Positions 6,859 to 14,066 of a DNA stretch of 39,784 nucleotides are shown here, piece by piece. Each line of letters starts with the position of its first letter. The stretch's first letter is position 1. Origin of the DNA: a virus; the IMG/VR virus record IMGVR_UViG_3300045988_082269, positions 1-39,784 of that record. One strand, written 5' to 3'. The notes below the pieces were generated by a model. The model saw nothing but the letters and a program-made list of their open reading frames with translations. It was not told where the DNA came from and made no database searches. The translations under genes were made by a program, and so were the position numbers.

Positions 6859-7107
6859 TCAAAATCCAAAATTAGATGTGCAAAAGGGATGAGCATCTCT
6901 GTATGCCTGCTCAACATCGACCGCACTCAGATCAACTTTCGCCTCAGTGGACAGCTTGCGGGCAACTGCCTGCAAAATTTCGATCCGGGCGTTGAGATCG
7001 GTAACGCTTGCGCCGTTGGTCTCCAACTGCTTGAGCCAATTTGTTGCATCGGCAAGCGCACGCTTGTGGTTTTCGGCGGCGTTCGCAAAAATTTCTTGGT
7101 AATCCAT
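6859..7107 (-). CDS. Small hypothetical helical protein, 82 aa
   Basis: ORF trimmed to ATG 7105-7107, after GGAGG. Confidence 0.55.
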   Translation of the reverse strand: MDYQEIFANAAENHKRALADATNWLKQLETNGASVTDLNARIEILQAVARKLSTEAKVDLSAVDVEQAYRDAHPFCTSNFGF

Positions 7108-7128
7108 GTGCAGTACCTCCAATCAGTT

Positions 7129-7359
7129 TTATCCCCGGCAATCGCCGGTGGAATCGGTGGGAATAATGCGGCCATTGATGCAGCGCACCCGGTCGCCGGG
7201 GTTGCGGCCGGCCGAAACGTCCTTGACGGCCTGCTCAAGGATCTGCTCGGCTACCTCATAAGCAGAGCCGTCCGATCCAGCCCGCGAAAGGTGATAGACC
7301 AGCTTCAGCGCGGTCTGCTGGGAAAAGTCATAGAGCATCTTTTCGGCAATCTTAGCCAT
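7129..7359 (-). CDS. Small hypothetical protein, 76 aa
   Basis: ORF trimmed to ATG 7357-7359, after GGGAGG. Confidence 0.55.
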   Translation of the reverse strand: MAKIAEKMLYDFSQQTALKLVYHLSRAGSDGSAYEVAEQILEQAVKDVSAGRNPGDRVRCINGRIIPTDSTGDCRG

Positions 7360-7361
7360 GG

Positions 7362-7475
7362 TCAGTCCTCCCAAGGGTTGCGCGTGCGGTTCGGGCTTTG
7401 CGGTCTGGATGCGGGCATACCGTCGATGATCTCCATGTCGTCCGGCACCGCCGGGAAATTTCCGTTGTCATACAT
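7362..7475 (-). CDS. Very small ORF, 37 aa (below the ORF-track cutoff)
   Basis: Hand translation gives MYDNGNFPAVPDDMEIIDGMPASRPQSPNRTRNPWED. AGGAGG lies 9 nt upstream. The stop lies 2 nt before the next start. Confidence 0.4.
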   Translation of the reverse strand: MYDNGNFPAVPDDMEIIDGMPASRPQSPNRTRNPWED

Positions 7476-7532
7476 ACAATTCAACCTCCTGTCGATTGTT
7501 TTTTGATGTTTCTGTTATAGCACAATCGGCGG

Positions 7533-7545
7533 ACTAGAATCTAGT
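7533..7545. promoter_or_regulatory. Palindromic candidate operator ACTAGAATCTAGT
   Basis: Perfect 6-bp arms in the divergent intergenic region between the small-gene trio and the XRE/integrase operon. Confidence 0.4.
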
Positions 7546-7613
7546 TCCAATTTTTGGTCGAAATGGAAAGCATATCGTGCGAAACGGCAAAAAAGTGGGA
7601 AAGGAGCAAAGAA

Positions 7614-8234
7614 ATGGATGAATACAGACGTCGAGTCGCAAAAGTATTGCAAATCGCACGCGCAAAAAGCGGCCTCAGCCAAGAGCGACTTGCCCGAAAA
7701 ATGGGAGTCAGCAAGACGACCATCGCCAACCGGGAGCAAGGAGTCGTGCCGACAACGTTGGATGAGCTGATCCGGTGGTGCGTCTGCTGCGGCGTCGCCG
7801 CAAAACGCTATACGGACGCCTGCGTTCACCCCGGGCTGCTCGAGAGGCTGAACGACAGCCCGACAGATGCCGAAAAGCGGGAGATCCTGCATCAGCTTGT
7901 GGATGAAATGTCCCCCTACGAGGTGGACGCGTGGTGCTACCTCTATTACGGCGACCACGGCTCCGATCCGGTAGGCGTCATCACCGAGATGCTGGCTAAT
8001 CTGCACACCCTGCTCCGGGATCGCGTCGTGATCGTCAGCATAATCATTAAATTTTATGAGCTGTGCCAGAGGATGCACATCGACCCCGACATCAACGGCG
8101 TGCATCCGATCATGGACATCCTGTATCAGGCTCGAGACTGCGGAGAGGCCGCAATCGGCAAGCAGGCAAGCAGCTACTCCATCAACAAGGAGGACGTGGA
8201 CAATGCCAAGACCCCGAAAAGGCCAGCGCGCTGA
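7614..8234 (+). CDS. XRE-family HTH regulator with an unknown C-terminal domain, 206 aa
   Basis: ATG 7614 follows AAAGGAG. HTH segment LSQERLARKMGVSKTTIANREQG. Overlaps the integrase start by 32 nt. Confidence 0.7.
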   Translation: MDEYRRRVAKVLQIARAKSGLSQERLARKMGVSKTTIANREQGVVPTTLDELIRWCVCCGVAAKRYTDACVHPGLLERLNDSPTDAEKREILHQLVDEMSPYEVDAWCYLYYGDHGSDPVGVITEMLANLHTLLRDRVVIVSIIIKFYELCQRMHIDPDINGVHPIMDILYQARDCGEAAIGKQASSYSINKEDVDNAKTPKRPAR

Positions 8235-9354
8235 CGGCCTATATCAATGCAAGCGCAAGATGCCCGATGGCAAGTATAAGGTCTTCTATGGCCACACCAA
8301 GACCGAGGCGGAGGGAAAATATATTGAGGCTCTGCGGCAGAAGCAGGAAGAGCAGGCCGCTGCGGATCTTTTCGAGACCGTTTCCGCGAAATATTGGGAG
8401 AAGCTTCTGGGGCGCATCAAGCCGGGCACAGATAGTACCTACAAGTCCAATTATGAGCGGTGCGTGGCATACTTTGCGGGGAAGCACATGGACGAAATAA
8501 CGCCCGCAATGGTCGCCAATTTTGGTCAGCGTCTCAAGGATGAGGGGCTTTCGACCAGCACCATCCGCAACGGAATGAGCGTGCTGCGGGGAATCCTGAA
8601 ATTCTGGCGGCTGGACAGCGGATCCTCTTATAACCCGATGCAGGATGTTTCCGCACCCGCCGGGAAACCCGCCGTGGAGCGTGAGCCGCCCACCGACAGA
8701 GAGCTTGCGCTGTTCCGTGCGCATCCGGAAGGCTTTGGGCTGTGCGCATGGATGCTCATGTACACCGGTTGCCGCTTGGGTGAGCTCATCGCCCTGCAAT
8801 GGGATGACATCGACTTTCAGGCCGACAAAATATACATAACTAAGAACGTTTCTTGGGCTGGCGGCGGAACGCGGATACAGACGCCCAAAACATCCAACGG
8901 AGTCCGCACCATCCCCCTGCTGCCACACCTCAAGCAGCTGCTCGAGCCGCTGAAAGCCGCGCCGAAAGTCTATGTCATCGGTGGGCTGACAAGACCTTTG
9001 ACAGATGCCGAATACCACAACCGGTGGCTCCAATACTGCACGTCACTGGGGCTTGTGCGCCCAAGTGAGAGCAAGACCCGATACAGAGACAAGCGGCGTA
9101 GCGCAAAAGCAGCCGTCAGCCCTCTTCCGCCGGTCATGGAGCCGACCGTTACCGCGCACCAATTCCGGCACTCGTTCGCGTCTGACCTCTACGACGCCGG
9201 TGTGGGCGTGTTAGAGGCCAAAAAAATTATGGGTCACTCCGACATAGCGACAACCTACAAGATCTACACCCACATCCGGGAGCGTAAGCTCAAAGACGCC
9301 ACCCAAAAGATGATTGCTTACTATGCCGAGAATGACCCCAAACGCGAAAAGTAG
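8203..9354 (+). CDS. int: Tyrosine recombinase (phage integrase), 383 aa
   Basis: ATG 8203 follows AAGGAGG. C-terminal catalytic signature HQFRHSFASDLY...GHSDIATTYKIYTHI. Confidence 0.9.
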   Translation: MPRPRKGQRADGLYQCKRKMPDGKYKVFYGHTKTEAEGKYIEALRQKQEEQAAADLFETVSAKYWEKLLGRIKPGTDSTYKSNYERCVAYFAGKHMDEITPAMVANFGQRLKDEGLSTSTIRNGMSVLRGILKFWRLDSGSSYNPMQDVSAPAGKPAVEREPPTDRELALFRAHPEGFGLCAWMLMYTGCRLGELIALQWDDIDFQADKIYITKNVSWAGGGTRIQTPKTSNGVRTIPLLPHLKQLLEPLKAAPKVYVIGGLTRPLTDAEYHNRWLQYCTSLGLVRPSESKTRYRDKRRSAKAAVSPLPPVMEPTVTAHQFRHSFASDLYDAGVGVLEAKKIMGHSDIATTYKIYTHIRERKLKDATQKMIAYYAENDPKREK

Positions 9355-9407
9355 TGTAAAAGTAGTATAATCATGATAATCAACGATTCAACGCGCCCCG
9401 AAAAAGC

Positions 9408-9428
9408 TTCGACTCCTGCTGGCGCAAC
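9408..9428 (+). other. tRNA 3'-end mimic (T-loop TTCGACT, T-stem CCTGC, acceptor TGGCGCA, discriminator A): candidate attP core
   Basis: TTCGACTCCTGCTGGCGCAA read directly. The 5' half of a tRNA is absent. Confidence 0.4.
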
Positions 9429-9438
9429 TTGAAAGAAA

Positions 9439-9490
9439 CCCGCATGATTACTGGATATTCCAGAAGTCATGCGGGCTTTCTTGTTGCTTT
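9439..9490 (+). terminator. Intrinsic terminator after int and the tRNA-like core
   Basis: Stem CCCGCATGA (9439-9447)/TCATGCGGG (9467-9475), followed by CTTTCTTGTTGCTTT. Confidence 0.65.
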
Positions 9491-9569
9491 CAGGTTGCGG
9501 TTAGTGCTGCGTACTCGCATATACTAACGTGTTTTTGCGGGCGAAGAGTAGTAATCAGGTAGTAGTAGA

Positions 9570-10214
9570 TCAGTCTGCGTCCGCGATGCACTCCCAATAG
9601 ACAGCTGCCTTGCCGTCCACCGCGTCTTGGTCGCGCAAAAATGCGGCAGTCATATCGGCGTAAAAATTGGGATTGTCCACGCTGTAAGACTTGGCGACCT
9701 TGCTGTAATCGCTGTACATCATGTTGAGCACCGCCCAAAAATCGTCCTTGTTGCAGTCAAGGCCGCGCTGAGTCATAAGCTGGACGGCCTGCTCATACGG
9801 CCAATGTGCACCGGTTGTGCCGTCGGCGTTGACCATTTTTTCTGTCCACTCCTTGGCCTCATCGTGGGTCAAGTGCTGTCTGGGCATTTTGACCGTCCGG
9901 CTGGATGCGCCGCCGTGGTCGTACTGGCCGCGGGTGTGTTCCCAGTCGTCTCCCTGCGCAAAACCGATGCGAGGCATACGGCGGTCATAGTTATCCGCGT
10001 CCGGATAGCGGGGCATGGGGTCAGGGTCAATATACCGGTTGTTTTCCCGGATTTCCCACGAGCGGCGAGGCTCCCGTTCGCCCTCTTCCAGCCGACGCAG
10101 ACGACGTTCGAGGTCGCGCTCTTTGCGCTCGCGCTCAACCTCGGCCGGATCATATTTCGGGGTGTTGCTGTGGTCTCGCAGCATCATCATACGGCGAAAA
10201 TTAGTCTTGCCCAT
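9570..10214 (-). CDS. Cargo-operon protein 5: highly charged R/E-rich N-terminus plus globular C-terminal domain, 214 aa
   Basis: RBS GAGGAGG. 13-nt gap to the upstream gene. No motif recognised. Confidence 0.7.
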   Translation of the reverse strand: MGKTNFRRMMMLRDHSNTPKYDPAEVERERKERDLERRLRRLEEGEREPRRSWEIRENNRYIDPDPMPRYPDADNYDRRMPRIGFAQGDDWEHTRGQYDHGGASSRTVKMPRQHLTHDEAKEWTEKMVNADGTTGAHWPYEQAVQLMTQRGLDCNKDDFWAVLNMMYSDYSKVAKSYSVDNPNFYADMTAAFLRDQDAVDGKAAVYWECIADAD

Positions 10215-10227
10215 AATCTACACCTCC

Positions 10228-10599
10228 TCAAGAAATGGACGCAGGCGCACCAGCGTGGGAACGGCAGAAGCAGCCAAGATACTTGAACGTGCCGGTGCCG
10301 GTCGCAGACGTTGCCACACGGGTAGCATAGCGGGTGCGGGCGTGGATGCTCTCAGCGGTTGCCTGAGCGCAGTTGCAGTCTGTCAGAGGGTATGTGGTCG
10401 TACCTGCGCCGATGGTAATAACCACAGGGGCGTTGATGGTGGTCGTGTCCGGGATGCTCTGGGCAACCACGATGCAATACTTCTCTCCGTTCTGGTATGC
10501 GCCAGCAGGGATGTTGATGGTCAGCGTGTCATTGGCGAACGTGACCGCCTGACTGACGACCAAGTGCGGGCAGAGTTTGCAGCTTGTTTTGCAAGCCAT
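10228..10599 (-). CDS. Cargo-operon protein 4: small Cys-bracketed beta-rich protein, 123 aa
   Basis: RBS AGGAGG. N-terminal CKTSCKLC, internal CNC and C-terminal GCFC. Loosely reminiscent of CotY/CotZ/ExsY-type Cys-rich spore-surface proteins. Confidence 0.7.
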   Translation of the reverse strand: MACKTSCKLCPHLVVSQAVTFANDTLTINIPAGAYQNGEKYCIVVAQSIPDTTTINAPVVITIGAGTTTYPLTDCNCAQATAESIHARTRYATRVATSATGTGTFKYLGCFCRSHAGAPASIS

Positions 10600-10613
10600 A
10601 ATGTTTTCCTCCT

Positions 10614-10649
10614 AAAAAATCAGGGGCAGAGGTGTCTTACCCCTGCCCC
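10614..10649 (-). terminator. Strong intrinsic terminator between cargo genes 3 and 4
   Basis: Minus strand reads GGGGCAGGGGT-AAGAC-ACCTCTGCCCC, then TGATTTTTT. The next RBS follows immediately. Confidence 0.7.
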
Positions 10650-10684
10650 GATGGTTCACCCGGTGTTATCGGGGAGTGTGTTGG

Positions 10685-11554
10685 TTAGCAGCCGCAGCAG
10701 TTCACGCCCACGTTGGGGTTTGCCACCTGATAAGCGGGAATCGGACGAGGATTGACCCGGTTCAGGATGGTGTCGGTCTGCTGGGACATCACGGTGGTCA
10801 GAAGCGCATTCTGCCGATCCTGAGAAGCGGCGAACTTCAGGCTCTGGTTCTCAGCGGTCAGAGTTGCGATCTTGTCCTGCGTGAAGTAGTCCATCATGCT
10901 GCGGAAGTTGGCGTTGCAGTTGTCCACGATGGCGCGGGCGTTGTCTGCGATAGCCTGACGGGTAGCACAGTCCTCCGTTGCGATGGTATACTTCAGGTCG
11001 CCGATCAGCTGCTTGTTCTCGCAGCAGCAAGATGCAAGCTGCGTGGCAAGTGCGGTCTGCCCAGCCTGCCGTGCGTTGCCTTCCTGCATGATGGCAAGGC
11101 TGATGGCATTGTCGCCGTTGGACACGCTGCGTTCCAGACCGTTCACAAGCTGTGCGTTCTGGTAGCCAAGCTGACAGATGGCCTGATTGGTGCCAGCAAA
11201 TCCGCCAGCAATAGCGGCGTTGAGGGTGTTCATCTGTGCGAGTTGGTCATAGCCCAGAGAGCAGATACCGCTCTGGATGCCTGCCAGAGAGCGGGAGGTA
11301 TCCTGCTGGTAGAAGCCTTCAGACAGAGCTGCGCGGGTGTCTGCACCGCCCTGACCAGTTGCGCCAGTGCCGACCAGATAGGGGATGTAGCTGTTCATGC
11401 CGTTGTCACCACCGTTCCGGCCATAGCCGTTTGTACCCCAGCCGAAGATGATAGCGAGGATGATGACAGCCCACAGACCTTCGTTGCCGAAGAATCCGCC
11501 GTTGTTGTTGCCGCCGTCCTGCCCAGCCAGATAGCCAGTTGCAAAATCGTCCAT
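10685..11554 (-). CDS. Cargo-operon protein 3: Gly/Asn-rich N-terminus, single TM helix, long Cys-punctuated helical ectodomain ending in NCCGC, 289 aa
   Basis: ORF trimmed to ATG 11552-11554, after GAAAGGAG. TM segment LWAVIILAIIFGW. Cys motifs ICSLGY, ICQLGY, SCCCEN and a terminal CCGC. Confidence 0.7.
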   Translation of the reverse strand: MDDFATGYLAGQDGGNNNGGFFGNEGLWAVIILAIIFGWGTNGYGRNGGDNGMNSYIPYLVGTGATGQGGADTRAALSEGFYQQDTSRSLAGIQSGICSLGYDQLAQMNTLNAAIAGGFAGTNQAICQLGYQNAQLVNGLERSVSNGDNAISLAIMQEGNARQAGQTALATQLASCCCENKQLIGDLKYTIATEDCATRQAIADNARAIVDNCNANFRSMMDYFTQDKIATLTAENQSLKFAASQDRQNALLTTVMSQQTDTILNRVNPRPIPAYQVANPNVGVNCCGC

Positions 11555-11675
11555 AACAAAACTCCTTTCAGTTTTGCGTATGCTATCCCACCGCCGTATG
11601 CGATGGGCGAAGCCAAACAAAAGCGGTTTTTGTCAAGTCCGCAAAACTGAGAAGCGTTTCGCTTAGAGGGATGTG

Positions 11676-11927
11676 TTATCGGGGCAGCGTCAGATTCAGG
11701 ACGCTTGCCAGCTGGTTCAGGTCGATGCCACGCTCTTTGGCAAGGTTCTGCGCCATCGTTCGGAGCTGTGCTTCGTTCTTGCCTTGAATCAGGTTCAAGC
11801 CCTGCATGATAGGAGCATTCTGCCCGCTCAACTGCTGGATAAGCCCCATCGGGTTTTGTCCAGCGCGAGCCAGATTTGCAAGCTGCATGATGGGGCTGTG
11901 AGTAATCATATCAAACGGAGAGGGCAT
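11676..11927 (-). CDS. Cargo-operon protein 2: small Q/L-rich protein with repeated PIMQ motif, 83 aa
   Basis: RBS AAGGAG. 3-nt gap to the upstream gene. Confidence 0.65.
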   Translation of the reverse strand: MPSPFDMITHSPIMQLANLARAGQNPMGLIQQLSGQNAPIMQGLNLIQGKNEAQLRTMAQNLAKERGIDLNQLASVLNLTLPR

Positions 11928-11930
11928 CGC

Positions 11931-12449
11931 TTATTCTCCTTTCTTCGCTGCGGCAGTGGGCTTAGAAAAGCTCTTCTGCCACTTTTCCAGCTCATCCAGC
12001 CTGTGGACGAGAGTGCTATACTCCTCAGTAGGCACATACCGCTGTGTCGGTGCAGCGGTCTTTTGTGCCTGCTGCGCCTGCATCTGCTGCCATGCTTCCG
12101 GGCTGTAAAACTCCTGCACATAGGATTCACAGGTGTCCGGGTTGAGCCGCTTGCAGTAGATCACGCCGCTGCGCAAGTCTGGGCAGTAGGTCGGTCTGCC
12201 GTACAGATCAGACGGTATTGCCAAAAACTCCTCCTTGCTGGACACAGGTCTGCCAAGCAGCCAGCCGCCGTCCTGTGCCGACTGCTGAACAGGCTGTTGC
12301 CCATTCATCGGCTGCGGACGCTGCGGTTGTGCCTGCTGCATCTGCGTACTCGGTAGGGGAGCGGCAAGACCTACCGTTCCCATGCCGCCGTAAGGATTGA
12401 CAGGCTGTTGCGGAACGTAGGGCGTTCCGGGTGTCGGATAATAGCTCAT
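11931..12449 (-). CDS. Cargo-operon protein 1: Pro/Gln-rich N-terminus plus Cys-containing C-terminal domain, 172 aa
   Basis: ORF trimmed to ATG 12447-12449, after AAGGAGGG. Confidence 0.65.
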   Translation of the reverse strand: MSYYPTPGTPYVPQQPVNPYGGMGTVGLAAPLPSTQMQQAQPQRPQPMNGQQPVQQSAQDGGWLLGRPVSSKEEFLAIPSDLYGRPTYCPDLRSGVIYCKRLNPDTCESYVQEFYSPEAWQQMQAQQAQKTAAPTQRYVPTEEYSTLVHRLDELEKWQKSFSKPTAAAKKGE

Positions 12450-12495
12450 AAAACATCCCTCCTTGTGCATCCAGTGTATCGCATCGGCAAAAAGT

Positions 12496-12525
12496 GAAGG
12501 ACAACGAAGGTACAACGAAGGACAA
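12496..12525. repeat. Tandem 10-11-bp repeat GAAGG(T)ACAAC x3 in the divergent regulatory region
   Basis: GAAGGACAAC GAAGGTACAAC GAAGGACAA read directly, 47-76 nt upstream of the 12449 start. Confidence 0.85.
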
Positions 12526-12599
12526 AAAAGCGTCCACACTGCGAAAGGACAGCGTGGGAAAAAAATACGTTCAACGGGTATAATATTTTTGAAAAAATC

Positions 12600-12628
12600 T
12601 TGACTTTTGCGCCCAATGGGTGTATATT
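12600..12628 (+). promoter_or_regulatory. Sigma-70-type promoter of the dual-HTH/AP2 operon (-35 TTGACT, 17 nt, -10 TATATT)
   Basis: Near-consensus hexamers with a 17-nt spacer, 53 nt upstream of ATG 12682. Confidence 0.65.
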
Positions 12629-12681
12629 ATAGACAGTAAAGGAAACCAAAATCGCACAACTTTGAAATGGAGTGAACAAAG

Positions 12682-13278
12682 ATGGCAACTGCAAAAGAAA
12701 TTGGAATCGGAATAAAGAATGCCCGTCTTGCCGTCGGTATCACGCAAGCAGAGTTAGCTCGTAGACTTGGCGTTACCCCTCAAGCCATCAGCCAATATGA
12801 ACGAGGAGAAAAAAAGCCTAAAATTGAAACAATCAAAAAAATAGCAGATGCATTGGGTGTAAGTTGGTTTCAACTATCTCATCTTGATGATTTGGCTGCT
12901 ACTTCTGAGGCAAGAGTTTTGGACAAAAAGGAAGTATACCAAAGTATAGCGGTTGATCATACTACCGCTGAACTTTTTGTTATGGCTTCTGAACCGGAAG
13001 CATCCCGTGTGGCGTTTTTCAACAACGTGACCATGACTATCCCGGACGATGCTTCCGGCTGCATCGACATGGACGCCGAAAAGGAGCGGCTGTCCGACAT
13101 CTGGGATCTGGCGCACCTGTCCATGCGGGAGCTGATCTCCCGCACCGGCCTGTCGCAGACCGCTTTTGCAAAATGCGCGGGCATCCCGCTACGCACGGTG
13201 CAGAACTGGTGTGCCGGAAGCCGGGACTGCCCGGCATACGTCAGATTTTTGCTGGCGGAGCACTATAAGTTGCTGTGA
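12682..13278 (+). CDS. Dual-HTH regulator (N-terminal XRE HTH plus a second C-terminal HTH), 198 aa
   Basis: N-terminal ITQAELARRLGVTPQAISQYERGEKKP. C-terminal LSMRELISRTGLSQTAFAKCAGIPLRTVQNW. The N-terminal half is AT-rich and the C-terminal half is GC-rich. Confidence 0.75.
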   Translation: MATAKEIGIGIKNARLAVGITQAELARRLGVTPQAISQYERGEKKPKIETIKKIADALGVSWFQLSHLDDLAATSEARVLDKKEVYQSIAVDHTTAELFVMASEPEASRVAFFNNVTMTIPDDASGCIDMDAEKERLSDIWDLAHLSMRELISRTGLSQTAFAKCAGIPLRTVQNWCAGSRDCPAYVRFLLAEHYKLL

Positions 13279-13288
13279 GGTGGCCGCT

Positions 13289-14026
13289 GTGACGAAAATT
13301 TCTCCCGGAGACCGCTTCGGGCACTGGACTGTCCTTGCCCCGTCTCCGTCCCGCCCCTATTACTTTTTCTGCCGATGTGATTGCGGCAGTGTAAAGGACG
13401 TCTACCGCAGCAGCCTGCTGCAGGGCACCAGCACCTGCTGCCCCTCCTGCTCCCACCGTACCCCCAGCGGCGCAAAGAAGGCCGCAAGGAAGGGGCTTTC
13501 CAAAGCCGCCCTCGCCGCCGCCCAAAAAAAGTACACCGGAACCACCGTCTCCGGCTGGCAGATCCTTGACGTGCTTCCCTCGTCAGGCACCCGCCGGGGT
13601 CTCCGGTGTCGGGCAGTCTGCCCTGTCTGCGGCAGACCCACCATCACCGCTCTGGGGCGGATCACAGCCTCAAACCACATCCGAAGATGCTCCGGATGCA
13701 GCCACGACATCTCCAAGCCCTCTGGTGCCCTCCATGTAGTCGCCTATACGGATGGTTCCAGCCTCGCCAGCGTCCGCAAGCGTCTGGATGGCACCATCAA
13801 CAAAAACTCCTCCACCGGCGTCAACGGCGTTACCCTCCGTCCGGATGGACGCTATCACGCCTATATCAACTTCCGGCGCAAGCAGCTGCATCTCGGCAGC
13901 TACCCCAATCTGGAAGCCGCTGCCGCCGCCCGGAAAAAGGCAGAAGCGGCGATTTATGGCGAGTATCTTGACCAGCATGAAGGCTGGGAAGAAGAGCTAA
14001 AAGAAAAGCTGAAAGACAAAAAATAG
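13289..14026 (+). CDS. AP2/ERF-like DNA-binding protein with two N-terminal four-Cys zinc-ribbon repeats, 245 aa
   Basis: GTG 13289 follows GAGGTGG. Repeats GHWTVL...CRCDCG...CCPSCSH and SGWQILDV...CPVCG...CSGCSH. AP2-like GVNGVTLRPDGRYHAYINFRRKQLHLGSYPNLEAAAAAR. Confidence 0.7.
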   Translation: MTKISPGDRFGHWTVLAPSPSRPYYFFCRCDCGSVKDVYRSSLLQGTSTCCPSCSHRTPSGAKKAARKGLSKAALAAAQKKYTGTTVSGWQILDVLPSSGTRRGLRCRAVCPVCGRPTITALGRITASNHIRRCSGCSHDISKPSGALHVVAYTDGSSLASVRKRLDGTINKNSSTGVNGVTLRPDGRYHAYINFRRKQLHLGSYPNLEAAAAARKKAEAAIYGEYLDQHEGWEEELKEKLKDKK

Positions 14027-14031
14027 AAAAA

Positions 14032-14061
14032 CCCCCGATGCTCCAAACGGAACACCGGGGG
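14032..14061. terminator. Bidirectional terminator between convergent genes
   Basis: Stem CCCCCG/CGGGGG, with TTTTTCTATTTTTT following on the minus strand. Confidence 0.6.
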
Positions 14062-14066
14062 GTGCT

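Larger units (their letters stand above)
9350..9567. other. Candidate attP region
   Basis: Four same-orientation AGTAGT(A/G) motifs (9350, 9361, 9547, 9561) flank a tRNA-3'-end-like core and a hairpin, immediately downstream of int. Confidence 0.5.

Noticed and set aside
9490-9738. 82-aa ORF spanning the attP region and the 3' end of the 214-aa gene
   Set aside because: It overlaps a supported gene out of frame. It starts inside the terminator/attP region, has no RBS and has an Arg/Gly/Gln-rich composition.
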